Origin: an uncultured Saprospiraceae bacterium
Lineage (GTDB): Bacteria > Bacteroidota > Bacteroidia > Chitinophagales > Saprospiraceae
Direction: 5' to 3'
Length of the DNA: 64,000 nucleotides
Assembly: GCA_964550795.1 (NCBI GenBank)
Contig: CAZKBH010000020.1
Coordinates: forward strand, 8,111 to 72,110
The notes beneath the pieces were generated by a model that was not told the DNA's origin, made no database searches, and saw nothing but the letters and a program-made list of their open reading frames with translations. Made by a program: the position numbers and the translations under genes. This document shows, in pieces, positions 38,003-47,203 of this stretch (its first letter is position 1; each line of letters opens with the position of its first letter).

Positions 38003-38662
38003 TTACCCCTCCCAATACCTTGCCAAACCATGCTCCTTTGCCAACCTTGCCGTAGGCGGAAACTCCCAGATAAATTCAAGCAGTTCTTGCGCATCGCGGC
38101 GGAACTCTATGAAATAATCCTCGTGGAGCTTCTCGGCTTTTTTCAAAATAGTAGCGGTTCGTTTTACCACATAGGGAGCCAGCGTATCACTTCGGCGATC
38201 GGGAAATTTACGCAGGATATTCTGATGCGTCCGAAACCCTTCCGCGAGCATGAACAAGGTGAGAGACACCTCCCCGGATTTGTCTTTGGTTGCCTGCACG
38301 TGCTCCGTGATGCGAGCGTTCCAGTGGCGCAGGTCAATCAATAGATACCCGGGTGTGGCGTGGGTATAGGTAGCGGATTTGGCGAGGGCTTTTTCAATAT
38401 CCTCGCGGAGTGCTGCGGCGCGATCGTCGCGGGTTTCACCTCCTTCCAGAAGTTCAAAAACGAGGCGGCGCACCAGTTTTTCGTCTTTGGCTACCAGACG
38501 GAGCAGCAGTTTATCCTTTTCGGCCACCGGCATCCGGGCGATGGCGGCTTTGAGTTGTTCGTCAAGTTTGGGCATGGCTATAATTTCGAAGGGCGAAAGT
38601 TCGGAATTTTTACCTTTGCGCCGCTCTTCCCTAACCACAAGACTGTTTTTATTACTTTTCAA
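38003..38662 (-). CDS. Hypothetical protein
   Basis: Intact 219-codon ORF. No motif was recognised. Confidence 0.45.
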   Translation of the reverse strand: MKSNKNSLVVREERRKGKNSELSPFEIIAMPKLDEQLKAAIARMPVAEKDKLLLRLVAKDEKLVRRLVFELLEGGETRDDRAAALREDIEKALAKSATYTHATPGYLLIDLRHWNARITEHVQATKDKSGEVSLTLFMLAEGFRTHQNILRKFPDRRSDTLAPYVVKRTATILKKAEKLHEDYFIEFRRDAQELLEFIWEFPPTARLAKEHGLARYWEG

Positions 38663-38711
38663 TGGCCCGTAACGCCAATGAACAAACCTTTCTGTGTAAA
38701 AAACATTTTAC

Positions 38712-38780
38712 GTTACCCGCCGCAGCCTTGGCGAAGGAGGGTAAACCACTCACCCTCCTTCGCTAAAGCTACGGCGGGTA
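38712..38780. repeat. Nested palindrome in a divergent intergenic region
   Basis: The outer arms ttacccgccg/cggcgggtaa enclose the inner arms gcgaaggagggt/accctccttcgc. Confidence 0.7.
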
Positions 38781-38842
38781 AACCAATCCCCACTCCATCA
38801 ATCACCAATCCCCAATCCACCAATCCCCAATCCACCAATCAC
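38781..38842. repeat. CCAAT-type simple repeat tract just upstream of the HMG-CoA synthase start
   Basis: accaatccccactccatcaatcaccaatccccaatccaccaatccccaatccaccaatcacc. Confidence 0.8.
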
Positions 38843-38852
38843 CCCCCCCACC

Positions 38853-40229
38853 ATGCCCATCGGAATTGACGATATGGCGTTTTACGCCCCAAAACTTTAC
38901 CTCGACCTCCGCAGTTTGGCGGATAAACGCGAGATCCCTTACGAGAAACTTGCCCAAGGGCTTGGGTTGCAAAAAATGGCCGTTTGTGATGTTCACGAAG
39001 ATGCTGCCACGCTTGCAGCGGAAGCCATCGCTGAATTGATTGAGCGCAACCACCTCGATCCGCGCCAGATCGGACGGATTTACCTGGGAACTGAAAGTGC
39101 ACTTGATATGGCCAAACCCACCGGAACCTACGCGGTGGAAATGCTGGCGCAACGTTTCGGCGCAACTTTTGGGGCTGATTGTTTTCGCCATTGCGATGTG
39201 TTGGATATGACTTTTGCGTGCATCGGTGCCGTGGATGCTTTGCAAAACACGCTCGATTGGGTTGCGGCGGATCGAACGCGCATCGGCATCGTAGTGGCGA
39301 GTGATATTGCCAAATACGAACTCAAAAGCACAGGCGAGTACACCCAGGGCGCCGGAGCTGTGGCCATGTTGGTCAAACACGCACCGCGTTTGCTGGCGAT
39401 CCGACCGCTGTTTGGGGTAGCCATGGAGAGTGTGCACGATTTTTTCAAACCCCGCCGCGAGCGATTCTCAGAAACGCCGGTGTTCGACGGACAATTTTCC
39501 AACCTGTGCTATCAAAACCGTATGTCGGAAGCACTGCTTGATTTTCGTCGCCGGGCGGTGAGGGCCAGGTTGTTTCGCGAGGATCAGTTTTTGGCCTTGT
39601 CGGAACGTTGGTCGAGGATGATTTTTCACCTGCCCTATGCTTTCCACGCCAAACGGATGTTTGTGGAGGAGTTTGTGGAAGAACGCAAACGCAAGGGAGT
39701 CTGGGCCAATGATGTGGCTAAGTTTGACTTCACGGAGCCTTCCGCCGAGCAATTTCCCGATGCAAAATCCTTGGGCAAAGCGCAGGCTGTTTTTTTTAAA
39801 ACAGTTTCAGAATCAACCCCTTACCGACGTTTTGTGCAAGAAAAACTCGAACGCGCCCAACGAGCCAGCCAGGAAACCGGCAATCTGTACACGGCTTCGA
39901 TTTTCCTCGCCCTGATGAGTTCTTTGGAATCGGATGCGCAGGAACGATCCCGTTTGGCGGGCAAACGCATCGGGTTTGTGGCGTACGGCAGCGGCTCCAA
40001 GGCTAAGGTTTTTGAAGCAGTGGTGCAAAAAGGATGGCAGGAACAGGCAAGCCGATTTGGAGTGTTTGAAAAATTAAAAAACCGACAAGCCATTGATTAC
40101 GACCAATATGAATTGTTGCACACCGGCGCTCAGGTGGGCCCGATATTAAAAGAAGCCAAACGTTGGGGACTGGATCGGGTAGGGCAGGAGGGCGTGACGC
40201 TTGGGGCGCGGTATTATGCGCAGCATTGA
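38853..40229 (+). CDS. Hydroxymethylglutaryl-CoA synthase (mevalonate pathway)
   Basis: 'MPIGIDDMAFYAPKLYLDL' is an HMGS-type N-terminus. 'GTESALDMAKP', a Cys context 'DMTFACIGAVDAL', and 'NLYTASIFLAL' are also present. Confidence 0.75.
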   Translation: MPIGIDDMAFYAPKLYLDLRSLADKREIPYEKLAQGLGLQKMAVCDVHEDAATLAAEAIAELIERNHLDPRQIGRIYLGTESALDMAKPTGTYAVEMLAQRFGATFGADCFRHCDVLDMTFACIGAVDALQNTLDWVAADRTRIGIVVASDIAKYELKSTGEYTQGAGAVAMLVKHAPRLLAIRPLFGVAMESVHDFFKPRRERFSETPVFDGQFSNLCYQNRMSEALLDFRRRAVRARLFREDQFLALSERWSRMIFHLPYAFHAKRMFVEEFVEERKRKGVWANDVAKFDFTEPSAEQFPDAKSLGKAQAVFFKTVSESTPYRRFVQEKLERAQRASQETGNLYTASIFLALMSSLESDAQERSRLAGKRIGFVAYGSGSKAKVFEAVVQKGWQEQASRFGVFEKLKNRQAIDYDQYELLHTGAQVGPILKEAKRWGLDRVGQEGVTLGARYYAQH

Positions 40230-40239
40230 CGCGTAAAAA

Positions 40240-40383
40240 TTAGCGGGTGTCTTAAGCGGTGGTATGGCCTTCAGGCCGTCGGGAAGCGCGCCGTTTACGG
40301 CGCAGAAGAATACTTTAGGGGCGTAAACGCCCCTTGTCCCGACGGACTAAAGTCCATACCACCACTCAAAAGACACCCGCTCA
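40240..40383. repeat. Long compound palindrome (about 60-bp imperfect arms with internal mini-hairpins) between convergent genes
   Basis: agcgggtgtctt...ggtggtatgg...ccgtcggga pairs with tcccgacgg...ccataccacc...aagacacccgct. The inner hairpins are gcgccgtttacggcgc and ggggcgtaaacgcccc. Confidence 0.8.
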
Positions 40384-40412
40384 ACTATCTAATTACAAGA
40401 CAGATACCAGAT

Positions 40413-41063
40413 TTAGGCTTTCCCAGCATCCAGTTCGTCCTGCCATTTTTTAAGCTCGTCCCATTGACCTGCTGCGGCCATTTCGGCTTGTTTCGGCCAG
40501 GTGCCAGGATCATGAATCTGGAAACTTGGACCGGCAGCGCCCAGGATTTCTTTGAGCATGTCCACAGAGGTATTCGCCAAGTCATTCCAGGTTTTGATAC
40601 CTGCCTGGTGACAAAGCTCCTCGATTTTTGGCCCGATGCCTTCTACAATTTTCAGATCATCCCATTTCCATTTTTTGTCGGCAAACATGATAGTGGCCGG
40701 GTTTGCGGCTTTTTTACTGGCACCAGCGGCGATACCGATACCCGCACTGGCGGCGGCAGCTTGTTCCCGAAGCGCCATCCGTTCACCTTCGCACATCATC
40801 AGATCACTTTTTAGTTTGCGAATTTGTTCGGCTTTGGCTTCGCTGTCCGCTTCAGCTTGTGAAAGTTTTACCCGCAGATCCGTTCCTTCTTCGGTGAGGG
40901 CGCTGACGCGGCCAGTTAACTCGGCTATTTGATCGCGCAGCCAGCCTACCTTATAATAGGCACGAGCGGCGAGCCAGCCGAGGAGAAATGGGATGAGGCA
41001 AAGGGCAAGTGCAGTGGGCAGATTGTCCCAGATGCTGCAATTCAAGAGGATATGTGAAAGCAT
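40413..41063 (-). CDS. Membrane-anchored coiled-coil protein with C-terminal helix-hairpin-helix (DUF4332-like) domain
   Basis: N-terminal TM 'ALALCLIPFLLGWLAA', a coiled coil, and 'LKIVEGIGPKIEELCHQAGIKTWNDLA'. Confidence 0.55.
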   Translation of the reverse strand: MLSHILLNCSIWDNLPTALALCLIPFLLGWLAARAYYKVGWLRDQIAELTGRVSALTEEGTDLRVKLSQAEADSEAKAEQIRKLKSDLMMCEGERMALREQAAAASAGIGIAAGASKKAANPATIMFADKKWKWDDLKIVEGIGPKIEELCHQAGIKTWNDLANTSVDMLKEILGAAGPSFQIHDPGTWPKQAEMAAAGQWDELKKWQDELDAGKA

Positions 41064-41084
41064 GGCTAGTTTTGTTTTGAATGT

Positions 41085-41888
41085 TTAACGGTTGACGGTA
41101 ATGACGACCCGGCGATTTTGGTGGCGACCCGCTTCGGTATCGTTGGGGGCCACTGGTTCGCTTTCGCCCTTGGAGTTGGTAGTAATGCGTGCGGCTGCGA
41201 TGCCGTTGGCCATCAGGATTTTCGCCACCGATTTGGCCCGGGCGGCACCAAATGCCATATTGCTCTCGTCGGAACCCACCTCATCGGTATGGCCGACCAC
41301 GGAGAAGGTGGTATTGTTGGTTTTGTGTTTGTCGCAGAGTTCTTTCAGGTAGGCATCCACTTTCGGATCGCGTTCTTTCTCGGTGGAGTTGTAGGGGAAG
41401 AGCAGAATCACGTCCTTATCCGATTCGATGATGGCGCTGTCTTCGTTTTTGAGCACCATTTTGAGCCAGGAGAAATCGGTGCTCTCCTTGGGACTGCTGC
41501 CATCGGCCAGACCATCGTCCACGAGTTTTGTGGCGATTTTCACCCGGTTGGCGGGGAACTCAGGTGCCAGCATATCGCGGATGGAGGCGGCGCGCGCCAG
41601 GGCGAGTTTTTCGCCGTTGGCCTCATTGGCGCGGTAATAGCCTGTGATCATCAAGGTATCCCCTTGTCCACCACCTTTTAGAAGCGTTTTCTTCCAGTCA
41701 GGGAATTTTGGGTCGTCCACGGGTTTGTCGGCGTTCCAGTTGAAGAGCGGGACGCCGGAAGTTTCCGTGGCGGTCGTCGCAGCGGAGGTGCCTTCACAAC
41801 ATTGGCATACGTTGCAATGCCAGTAGTTGATGCACCAGGCTGTGTAGCCTGCAAAAAGCAGCCCGATGAGCCATAAAGGAATTTTCAT
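41085..41888 (-). CDS. OmpA-family protein
   Basis: C-terminal 'VVGHTDEVGSDESNMAFGAARAKSVAKILMANGI...RHQNRRVVITV' is an OmpA-like peptidoglycan-binding domain. ATG 41888 is preferred over the TTG-extended start. Confidence 0.8.
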   Translation of the reverse strand: MKIPLWLIGLLFAGYTAWCINYWHCNVCQCCEGTSAATTATETSGVPLFNWNADKPVDDPKFPDWKKTLLKGGGQGDTLMITGYYRANEANGEKLALARAASIRDMLAPEFPANRVKIATKLVDDGLADGSSPKESTDFSWLKMVLKNEDSAIIESDKDVILLFPYNSTEKERDPKVDAYLKELCDKHKTNNTTFSVVGHTDEVGSDESNMAFGAARAKSVAKILMANGIAAARITTNSKGESEPVAPNDTEAGRHQNRRVVITVNR

Positions 41889-42012
41889 GTGAATCAAATT
41901 TTACGTTTTGTACTGTTTTGTTTTGACAAAAGTCTGAAACAAAAAACAATACTTGTTCAATTTGCGAAAAAACTTTTCAATGAATTCACATCGGCGTAAA
42001 ATCACCTGATTC

Positions 42013-42178
42013 ATAAGACTTGTTGCGATGGGGGCGCTCGAGCGAAATGGGTGCAAATTTTATTTTAGACAAGGCAAATTTTGCAGTCGAATGCGGGCGA
42101 TTCGGCGAAAAATTTAACGTAGTATAAAATCAAATTTGCCCATTCCGCTCGAGCAGTACCCCATCGCAACAAGTCTAT
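42013..42178. repeat. Long inverted repeat (about 45-bp arms, about 70-nt structured loop) upstream of ompA
   Basis: ataagacttgttgcgatgggg..gctcgagcg.aatggg.gcaaattt pairs with aaatttgcccattccgctcgagc..ccccatcgcaacaagtctat. Confidence 0.8.
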
Positions 42179-42180
42179 AG

Positions 42181-42219
42181 TAAAAAAGCCCTCCCGAATC
42201 CAGCGATTCGGGAGGGCTT
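42181..42219 (-). terminator. Rho-independent terminator of the Lrp/AsnC gene
   Basis: gccctcccgaatc-cagc-gattcgggagggc, followed on the minus strand by TTTTTT. Confidence 0.8.
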
Positions 42220-42246
42220 AGGTAATTGGACGAAATACAGGGAGGC

Positions 42247-42726
42247 TTACTTCTCGTCGTAGTTGAAAGGCAGCAATTTGGCGTCTTTCACCGTAGAGAG
42301 CGTCATCAGGGTTTTTAGCCGTTCAATTTCTTCGATTTGGCTAATGGTCTTGAAGAGCAGTTGCTCGTAGGTTGGGATGTCTTTGCAGATGATTTTCATC
42401 AGAAAATCAGCTTCGCCGGTGATGATGTAGCATTCGGTGACTTCATCAATCTGACCAATTTTTTCCAGAAAGCTGTTCAGGGCGTTTTCACGCTTCCAGG
42501 CCAAGGATACCAAAACGAAGGTTTTGACATTCAGCCCCATTTGCGTGGGGTTCACGTGGGCGTGGTAGCTCTGGATAATATCGCTCTGCTCCAGCTTTTT
42601 TACGCGTTCCAGCGTTGGGGCAGGGGAGAGGCCAATTTTTTTGGAAAGGTCTAGGTTGGTGATCTTGCTGTTCTCTTGCAGGATTTTTAGGATCTTCAAA
42701 TCAATTTTATCCAATTTCTCAGACAT
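42247..42726 (-). CDS. Lrp/AsnC-family transcriptional regulator
   Basis: 'LDKIDLKILKILQENSKITNLDLSKKIGLSPAPTLERVKKLE' is an HTH followed by a RAM-type C-terminal domain. Confidence 0.85.
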   Translation of the reverse strand: MSEKLDKIDLKILKILQENSKITNLDLSKKIGLSPAPTLERVKKLEQSDIIQSYHAHVNPTQMGLNVKTFVLVSLAWKRENALNSFLEKIGQIDEVTECYIITGEADFLMKIICKDIPTYEQLLFKTISQIEEIERLKTLMTLSTVKDAKLLPFNYDEK

Positions 42727-43160
42727 AGCGCGTAGTTTGGTAGTGAAATTTTATTTCGGCTCAAAAAGTTGGGCAAAGGTACAGTGCGACAAAATCATTT
42801 GCAAGAGATTGATAGACAAACCTCCGTAAGTTTTGTTAATAAAGCGTTTTTGTCGTGTACTGGCTTGAAAACGAAAGGGTTCGGTGGTCGGAATCGGGTG
42901 TTTTGCCAATAATTATTTCCCCAAATGGGCGATTGCAGACAATTTGAAGGAAGAATAGCCAGTCGTTCGGCCCCTTGCTTAAATCTGCCAAATAAAAGGA
43001 AGGGTGTGGTCGGTTTGGGGTGGAGGATAGGTGGTCGGGCGGTTGAATCAAGGGCATGCAACAGATTTCCACGCTCTGCCACTCCACAATGTCGAATCAG
43101 CATAAATGCCCAAAACAGCTCCGGAGAGGCCCAACGATTGTAACAATATATGGTGTATGT

Positions 43161-43220
43161 ATCCCGACCTCGGAGAGGTCGAGCGCCACCAACGTTCGAC
43201 CTCTCCGAGGTCATCCCGAC
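43161..43220. repeat. Small palindromic element flanked by an 8-bp direct repeat
   Basis: ATCCCGAC-ctcggagaggtcga..tcgacctctccgag-gtc-ATCCCGAC. Confidence 0.6.
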
Positions 43221-43367
43221 AGGAATAACACGATGTATTTAAAAATGTGTACCCGCTTAAAGTCCCAAAACCATGCTTCTGAGCACCATTTCACGGTTTA
43301 GTTCCCCCCGTCAAAACTTTTTTCAGAAAATTTTCAAACCTATTTGGAAATTAGACTCAGGTGGTTC

Positions 43368-43375
43368 TACCTTTG
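43368..43375 (+). promoter_or_regulatory. Candidate Bacteroidota -7 promoter box (TAnnTTTG) for the S10 operon
   Basis: 'tacctttg' lies about 92 nt upstream of the rpsJ ATG. This is a motif match only. Confidence 0.25.
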
Positions 43376-43466
43376 CCGCCGCTTAAGGAAAGAGGGTATC
43401 AAAATTAAGTTTTGTTTACCCTTTCCAAAAAGGCTCAATTTGAAATTTTAAAGTACTTACGAGGTA

Positions 43467-43775
43467 ATGAATCAGAAAATTCGCATCAAACTCCGGTCAT
43501 ACGATTACAACTTAGTGGACAAGTCCACTGAGAAAATCGTGAAGACTGTGCGTGCGAGTGGAGCCGTTGTAACTGGCCCGATTCCGCTGCCCACCGAGAA
43601 AGAAGTATTCACTGTTTTGCGCTCGCCGCACGTGAATAAAAAAGCTCGGGAGCAGTTCCAGTTACGCACCCACAAGCGCTTGATTGAGATATATACACCG
43701 ACACAGAAGACGGTGGACGCACTCTCCAAGTTGGAACTCCCGAGTGGCGTTGATATCCAAGTCAAGCTCACGTAA
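43467..43775 (+). CDS. rpsJ: 30S ribosomal protein S10
   Basis: '[10 protein letters not shown]...LD', 'GPIPLPT', '[18 protein letters not shown]'-type motifs, and position at the head of the S10 operon. Confidence 0.95.
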   Translation: MNQKIRIKLRSYDYNLVDKSTEKIVKTVRASGAVVTGPIPLPTEKEVFTVLRSPHVNKKAREQFQLRTHKRLIEIYTPTQKTVDALSKLELPSGVDIQVKLT

Positions 43776-44060
43776 TCGTTTTAACCGCCATAGCCCTTTA
43801 GGGCGAAGGAGGTCCATTCGCAACAGCTGATTTTAGAGAAGGGGATTTTTCTCCGCAACGTCTAGCTTAAGTTTAAGCGACCTTTTTGATTCAAATGTTT
43901 GTGGTTTCCGGTAAGTGGTCAAAGTGTTCCGGGTTATTCCGAATAACTGCCATTTCCGCAAGCGGTTCCGTTTAACGGAAAATCGCTTTCCGTGTATCTG
44001 CACGACTGGGAACCACGCCAACGAAACGCAACGTCGTTCAACCAATAAATTCTTCAGAAA

Positions 44061-44684
44061 GTGAACGGTCTGATTGGCAAAAAACTGGGAATGACCAGCA
44101 TCTACGACAACAACGGCAAAAACGTTGCAGTCACTATCATAGAAGCTGGTCCATGCACTGTAACCCAAGTGCGCACCGAAGACAATGATGGCTACAAAGC
44201 CCTCCAATTGGCTTACGGGGAACGTAAAATTAAAAACACTCCTAAACCCCTGATGGGTCACTTCAAAGCCGCTGGCTTGGAAGAACCACTGCACAAAGTG
44301 CTCGAATTCAGGGACATGAATGTTACTAAAAATCTCGGAGACGAGGTGACCGTAACCGATGTGTTCCAGGAAGGCGACAAAGTGAGCGTGGTTGGCACCT
44401 CTAAGGGTAAAGGCTTCCAAGGTGTTGTGAAACGGCACGGCTTCGGCGGTGTCATGCAGCAAACACACGGTCAGCACAACAGGCTCCGTGCACCAGGTTC
44501 TTTGGGTAACTCTTCAACGGGTGCCAAAGTAATGAAAGGAATGAGAATGGGTGGCCACATGGGGGTTGATCGCGTGAAAGTGCGTCGCCTTCAAGTCATC
44601 AAAATCTTCCCGGATCAAAACCTGATCTTGGTAAAGGGTGCCGTACCCGGCCATAAGGGCGCGTACGTGATCATTGAAAAATAA
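44061..44684 (+). CDS. rplC: 50S ribosomal protein L3
   Basis: GTG start; '[14 protein letters not shown]', '[13 protein letters not shown]'. Confidence 0.95.
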   Translation: MNGLIGKKLGMTSIYDNNGKNVAVTIIEAGPCTVTQVRTEDNDGYKALQLAYGERKIKNTPKPLMGHFKAAGLEEPLHKVLEFRDMNVTKNLGDEVTVTDVFQEGDKVSVVGTSKGKGFQGVVKRHGFGGVMQQTHGQHNRLRAPGSLGNSSTGAKVMKGMRMGGHMGVDRVKVRRLQVIKIFPDQNLILVKGAVPGHKGAYVIIEK

Positions 44685-44711
44685 CTTTTGACCTTTTAAT
44701 TTCCAGAGGAA

Positions 44712-45338
44712 ATGAAAGTTTCAGTCTATAACACAAAAGGCGAAGATACTGGCCGTCAGGTTGAGTTACCCGCAGAGGTGTTCGGTGTAGAACCGCACCA
44801 ACATAGCGTTTGGCTCGATGTGAAGCGATACCTCGCTGCACAACGTCAGGGCACGCACAAATCAAAAGAGCGCAGCGAGATGAGCGGCTCCACCCGTAAA
44901 CTGCACAAGCAAAAAGGCACAGGCGGTTCACGTAAGGGCGACATCAACAACCCGCTTTACCGTGGTGGCGGTCGTGTATTCGGCCCACGCCCACGCAACT
45001 ACGATATAGATGTGAACGCAAAGGTTCGTCGTCTGGCTCGTCGCAGCGTACTCTCGGCAAAAGCAGCGGAAGGCAACATCTTTGTCATCGAAGATTTTTC
45101 TTTCGACGCGCCAAAAACGCAGGAATTTGTAAACATCCTGCGCAGTCTTAAGGTAGAAGGCAAAAAGCCCCTCACGGTGCTCGCAGCTTACGACCAAATT
45201 TTGTACAAATCCTGCCGCAATATTGATCGGGCATCCATTGCTCCGGCCAGCGATTTGAACACCTATCAGATACTCAATGCTGGCGCACTCGTCATTGCCG
45301 AAAGTGCCATCGTGAAAATCAAAGAAAATTGCGAATAA
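44712..45338 (+). CDS. rplD: 50S ribosomal protein L4
   Basis: 'KQKGTGGSRKGDINNPLYRGGGRVFGPRPR'. Confidence 0.95.
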   Translation: MKVSVYNTKGEDTGRQVELPAEVFGVEPHQHSVWLDVKRYLAAQRQGTHKSKERSEMSGSTRKLHKQKGTGGSRKGDINNPLYRGGGRVFGPRPRNYDIDVNAKVRRLARRSVLSAKAAEGNIFVIEDFSFDAPKTQEFVNILRSLKVEGKKPLTVLAAYDQILYKSCRNIDRASIAPASDLNTYQILNAGALVIAESAIVKIKENCE

Positions 45339-45416
45339 TGGGTTGTTTGGAGCTTGGATGACTGGATTTTAAATCACCAGTTCCCAATCACCATCAAACC
45401 AATCACCATCAAAGTC

Positions 45417-45719
45417 ATGGCTAAGCAAATTTTGATAAAGCCCGTTATCACGGAAAAGTCTACCAAACTCGCGGATACGCGGGATACTTACTCCTTCGTG
45501 GTAAACAGAGGTGCGAATAAGATTGAAATCGGTGCTGCCGTTGAAAAAATGTTCAACGTTAGCGTAAAGCGGGTAAACACCGCGGTAATTCCGGGCAAAC
45601 CTAAATCGCGCAGTAGTAAAACAGCCATCGTCCGTGGCACGAAGTCCTCTTACAAAAAGGCTTTCGTAACACTTGCTCCAGGAGAAACGATTGATTTCTT
45701 CGGCGGCGACGAAAACTAA
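45417..45719 (+). CDS. rplW: 50S ribosomal protein L23
   Basis: 'ILIKPVITEKST' starts at internal ATG 45417. The upstream ORF extension is encoded by a simple repeat. Confidence 0.9.
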   Translation: MAKQILIKPVITEKSTKLADTRDTYSFVVNRGANKIEIGAAVEKMFNVSVKRVNTAVIPGKPKSRSSKTAIVRGTKSSYKKAFVTLAPGETIDFFGGDEN

Positions 45720-45799
45720 GAATGAACGAGTTAATGAGGGTCTTGGCCTATGCCTTTTTCCTCTCTATCACTGACAATACGCTAACGCTGACATAAGAA

Positions 45800-46624
45800 A
45801 TGGCAGTCAAGAAATTTAACCCGCTAACGCCAGGCCAACGCTTTCGCGTAGCGGTATCAAGAGACGAACTAACGAAGGGTGCAAAACCTGAACGCTCGCT
45901 GATGGCTTCTGCCAGCAGCAACGGAGGTCGTAACTCGGACGGTCGTCGTACCATGCGCTACCGTGGCGGTGGGCACAAGCGTCGCTATCGTATCATTGAT
46001 TTCAAACGCGACAAGCAAGGTGCTGCAACGGTAGAGTCTATTCAGTACGACCCTTTCCGCACTGCGTACATTGCACTCGTGGCCTATGCTGACGGTGAAA
46101 AAGCCTATGTTCTTGCCCCAAAAGGCTTGGAAGTTGGCACCACCATCGAATCAGGTCGCGGAGTTGCTCCGGAAACGGGCAACTGCCTTTATCTCGCAGA
46201 AGTACCCCTGGGTGCCATGATGCACAACATCGAAATGCAACCCGGACAGGGCGGTAAATTGGTGCGAAGCGCTGGTGTAGGAGCTGTGATGATGGGTCGT
46301 GAAGATCGTTTCGCAGTAGTCCGTATGCCATCCGGGGAAGTTCGGCGGATTTTGCTCACATGCCGTGCCACTATTGGTACCGTGGGCAATCCTGACCACA
46401 ACCTCGAAATCATGGGTAAAGCGGGTCGTAATCGTTGGAAAGGCCGTCGCCCACGTGTTCGTCCAGTAGTGATGAACCCAGTGGATCACCCAATGGGTGG
46501 TGGTGAAGGTCGCGCATCCGGTGGTCACCCACGTACCCGTAAAGGCTTCAAATCCAAAGGTGCTAAGACTCGGAGCAAAACAAAAGCTTCCAACGCGCTT
46601 ATCATCAGCCGCAAAACGAAGTAA
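45800..46624 (+). CDS. rplB: 50S ribosomal protein L2
   Basis: '[14 protein letters not shown]', '[15 protein letters not shown]', '[13 protein letters not shown]'. Confidence 0.97.
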   Translation: MAVKKFNPLTPGQRFRVAVSRDELTKGAKPERSLMASASSNGGRNSDGRRTMRYRGGGHKRRYRIIDFKRDKQGAATVESIQYDPFRTAYIALVAYADGEKAYVLAPKGLEVGTTIESGRGVAPETGNCLYLAEVPLGAMMHNIEMQPGQGGKLVRSAGVGAVMMGREDRFAVVRMPSGEVRRILLTCRATIGTVGNPDHNLEIMGKAGRNRWKGRRPRVRPVVMNPVDHPMGGGEGRASGGHPRTRKGFKSKGAKTRSKTKASNALIISRKTK

Positions 46625-46726
46625 ATTTTTTCTTGATCTGAAAAAGTGTTGGCTCGAAATTAGTAATGGAGTGCTTTCACAGTCAAGTCAACAAATCAAC
46701 TATATCAACGCATCAACAATAATTGT

Positions 46727-46993
46727 ATGCCGCGTTCACTGAAAAAAGGCCCTTACATCCATCACTCGTTGTTGGAAAAGGTAGAAAAAGCAAAACAGAG
46801 CAACCGCAAACAGGTAATCAAAACCTGGAGCCGCTCTTCGATGATTATCCCTACCATGGTAGGTGAAACCATCGCGGTACACAATGGCAAAACTTTTGTA
46901 CCGGTTTTAGTAACCGAGAACATGGTAGGTCACAAACTTGGGGAATTTTCGCCAACGCGTAACTTCCGTGGTCACGGTGGAAACAGGAAATAA
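46727..46993 (+). CDS. rpsS: 30S ribosomal protein S19
   Basis: '[10 protein letters not shown]', '[23 protein letters not shown]'. Confidence 0.97.
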   Translation: MPRSLKKGPYIHHSLLEKVEKAKQSNRKQVIKTWSRSSMIIPTMVGETIAVHNGKTFVPVLVTENMVGHKLGEFSPTRNFRGHGGNRK

Positions 46994-46997
46994 TTGT

Positions 46998-47203
46998 TAA
47001 TGTGGTCAATGGGATTAATGTGGTCAATGAGATGAATGTGGCCAATGTGATCAATAAGATGAATGAGACCAATGTGGTCAATAAGATGAATATGGTCAAT
47101 GTGACCAATGTCGAACATCCGGAGATCATAAGCACATTGACCACATTAAACACATTGACCACATTACCTTCATTACCCACATTAAATACATTTTTACACA
47201 TTT
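46998..47203 (+). repeat. Intergenic hairpin element, ATGTGGTCAAT family, copy 1 (rpsS-rplV spacer)
   Basis: About 8 degenerate 'aatgtggtcaat' units are followed by their reverse complement 'cacattgaccacatt' x2-3. Confidence 0.9.

Noticed and set aside
38360-39437. ORFs 38360-38869(+), 38379-38672(+) and 38802-39437(-)
   Set aside because: They are antisense to, or overlap, the better-supported 38003-38662(-) and HMG-CoA synthase genes. Parts of them are translations of CCAAT simple repeats.
41092-41826. Several plus-strand ORFs (60-187 codons)
   Set aside because: All of them are antisense to the OmpA-family gene, which has a clear C-terminal OmpA domain.
42795-43301. Short ORFs (72-139 codons) in the region between lrp and rpsJ
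   Set aside because: They overlap each other on both strands and have no motifs or plausible starts. I treated the region as non-coding, though a small gene cannot be excluded.
43833-44477. 214-codon minus-strand ORF
   Set aside because: It overlaps rplC antisense and the rpsJ-rplC spacer. No motif was found, and the conserved L3 frame explains the open antisense frame.
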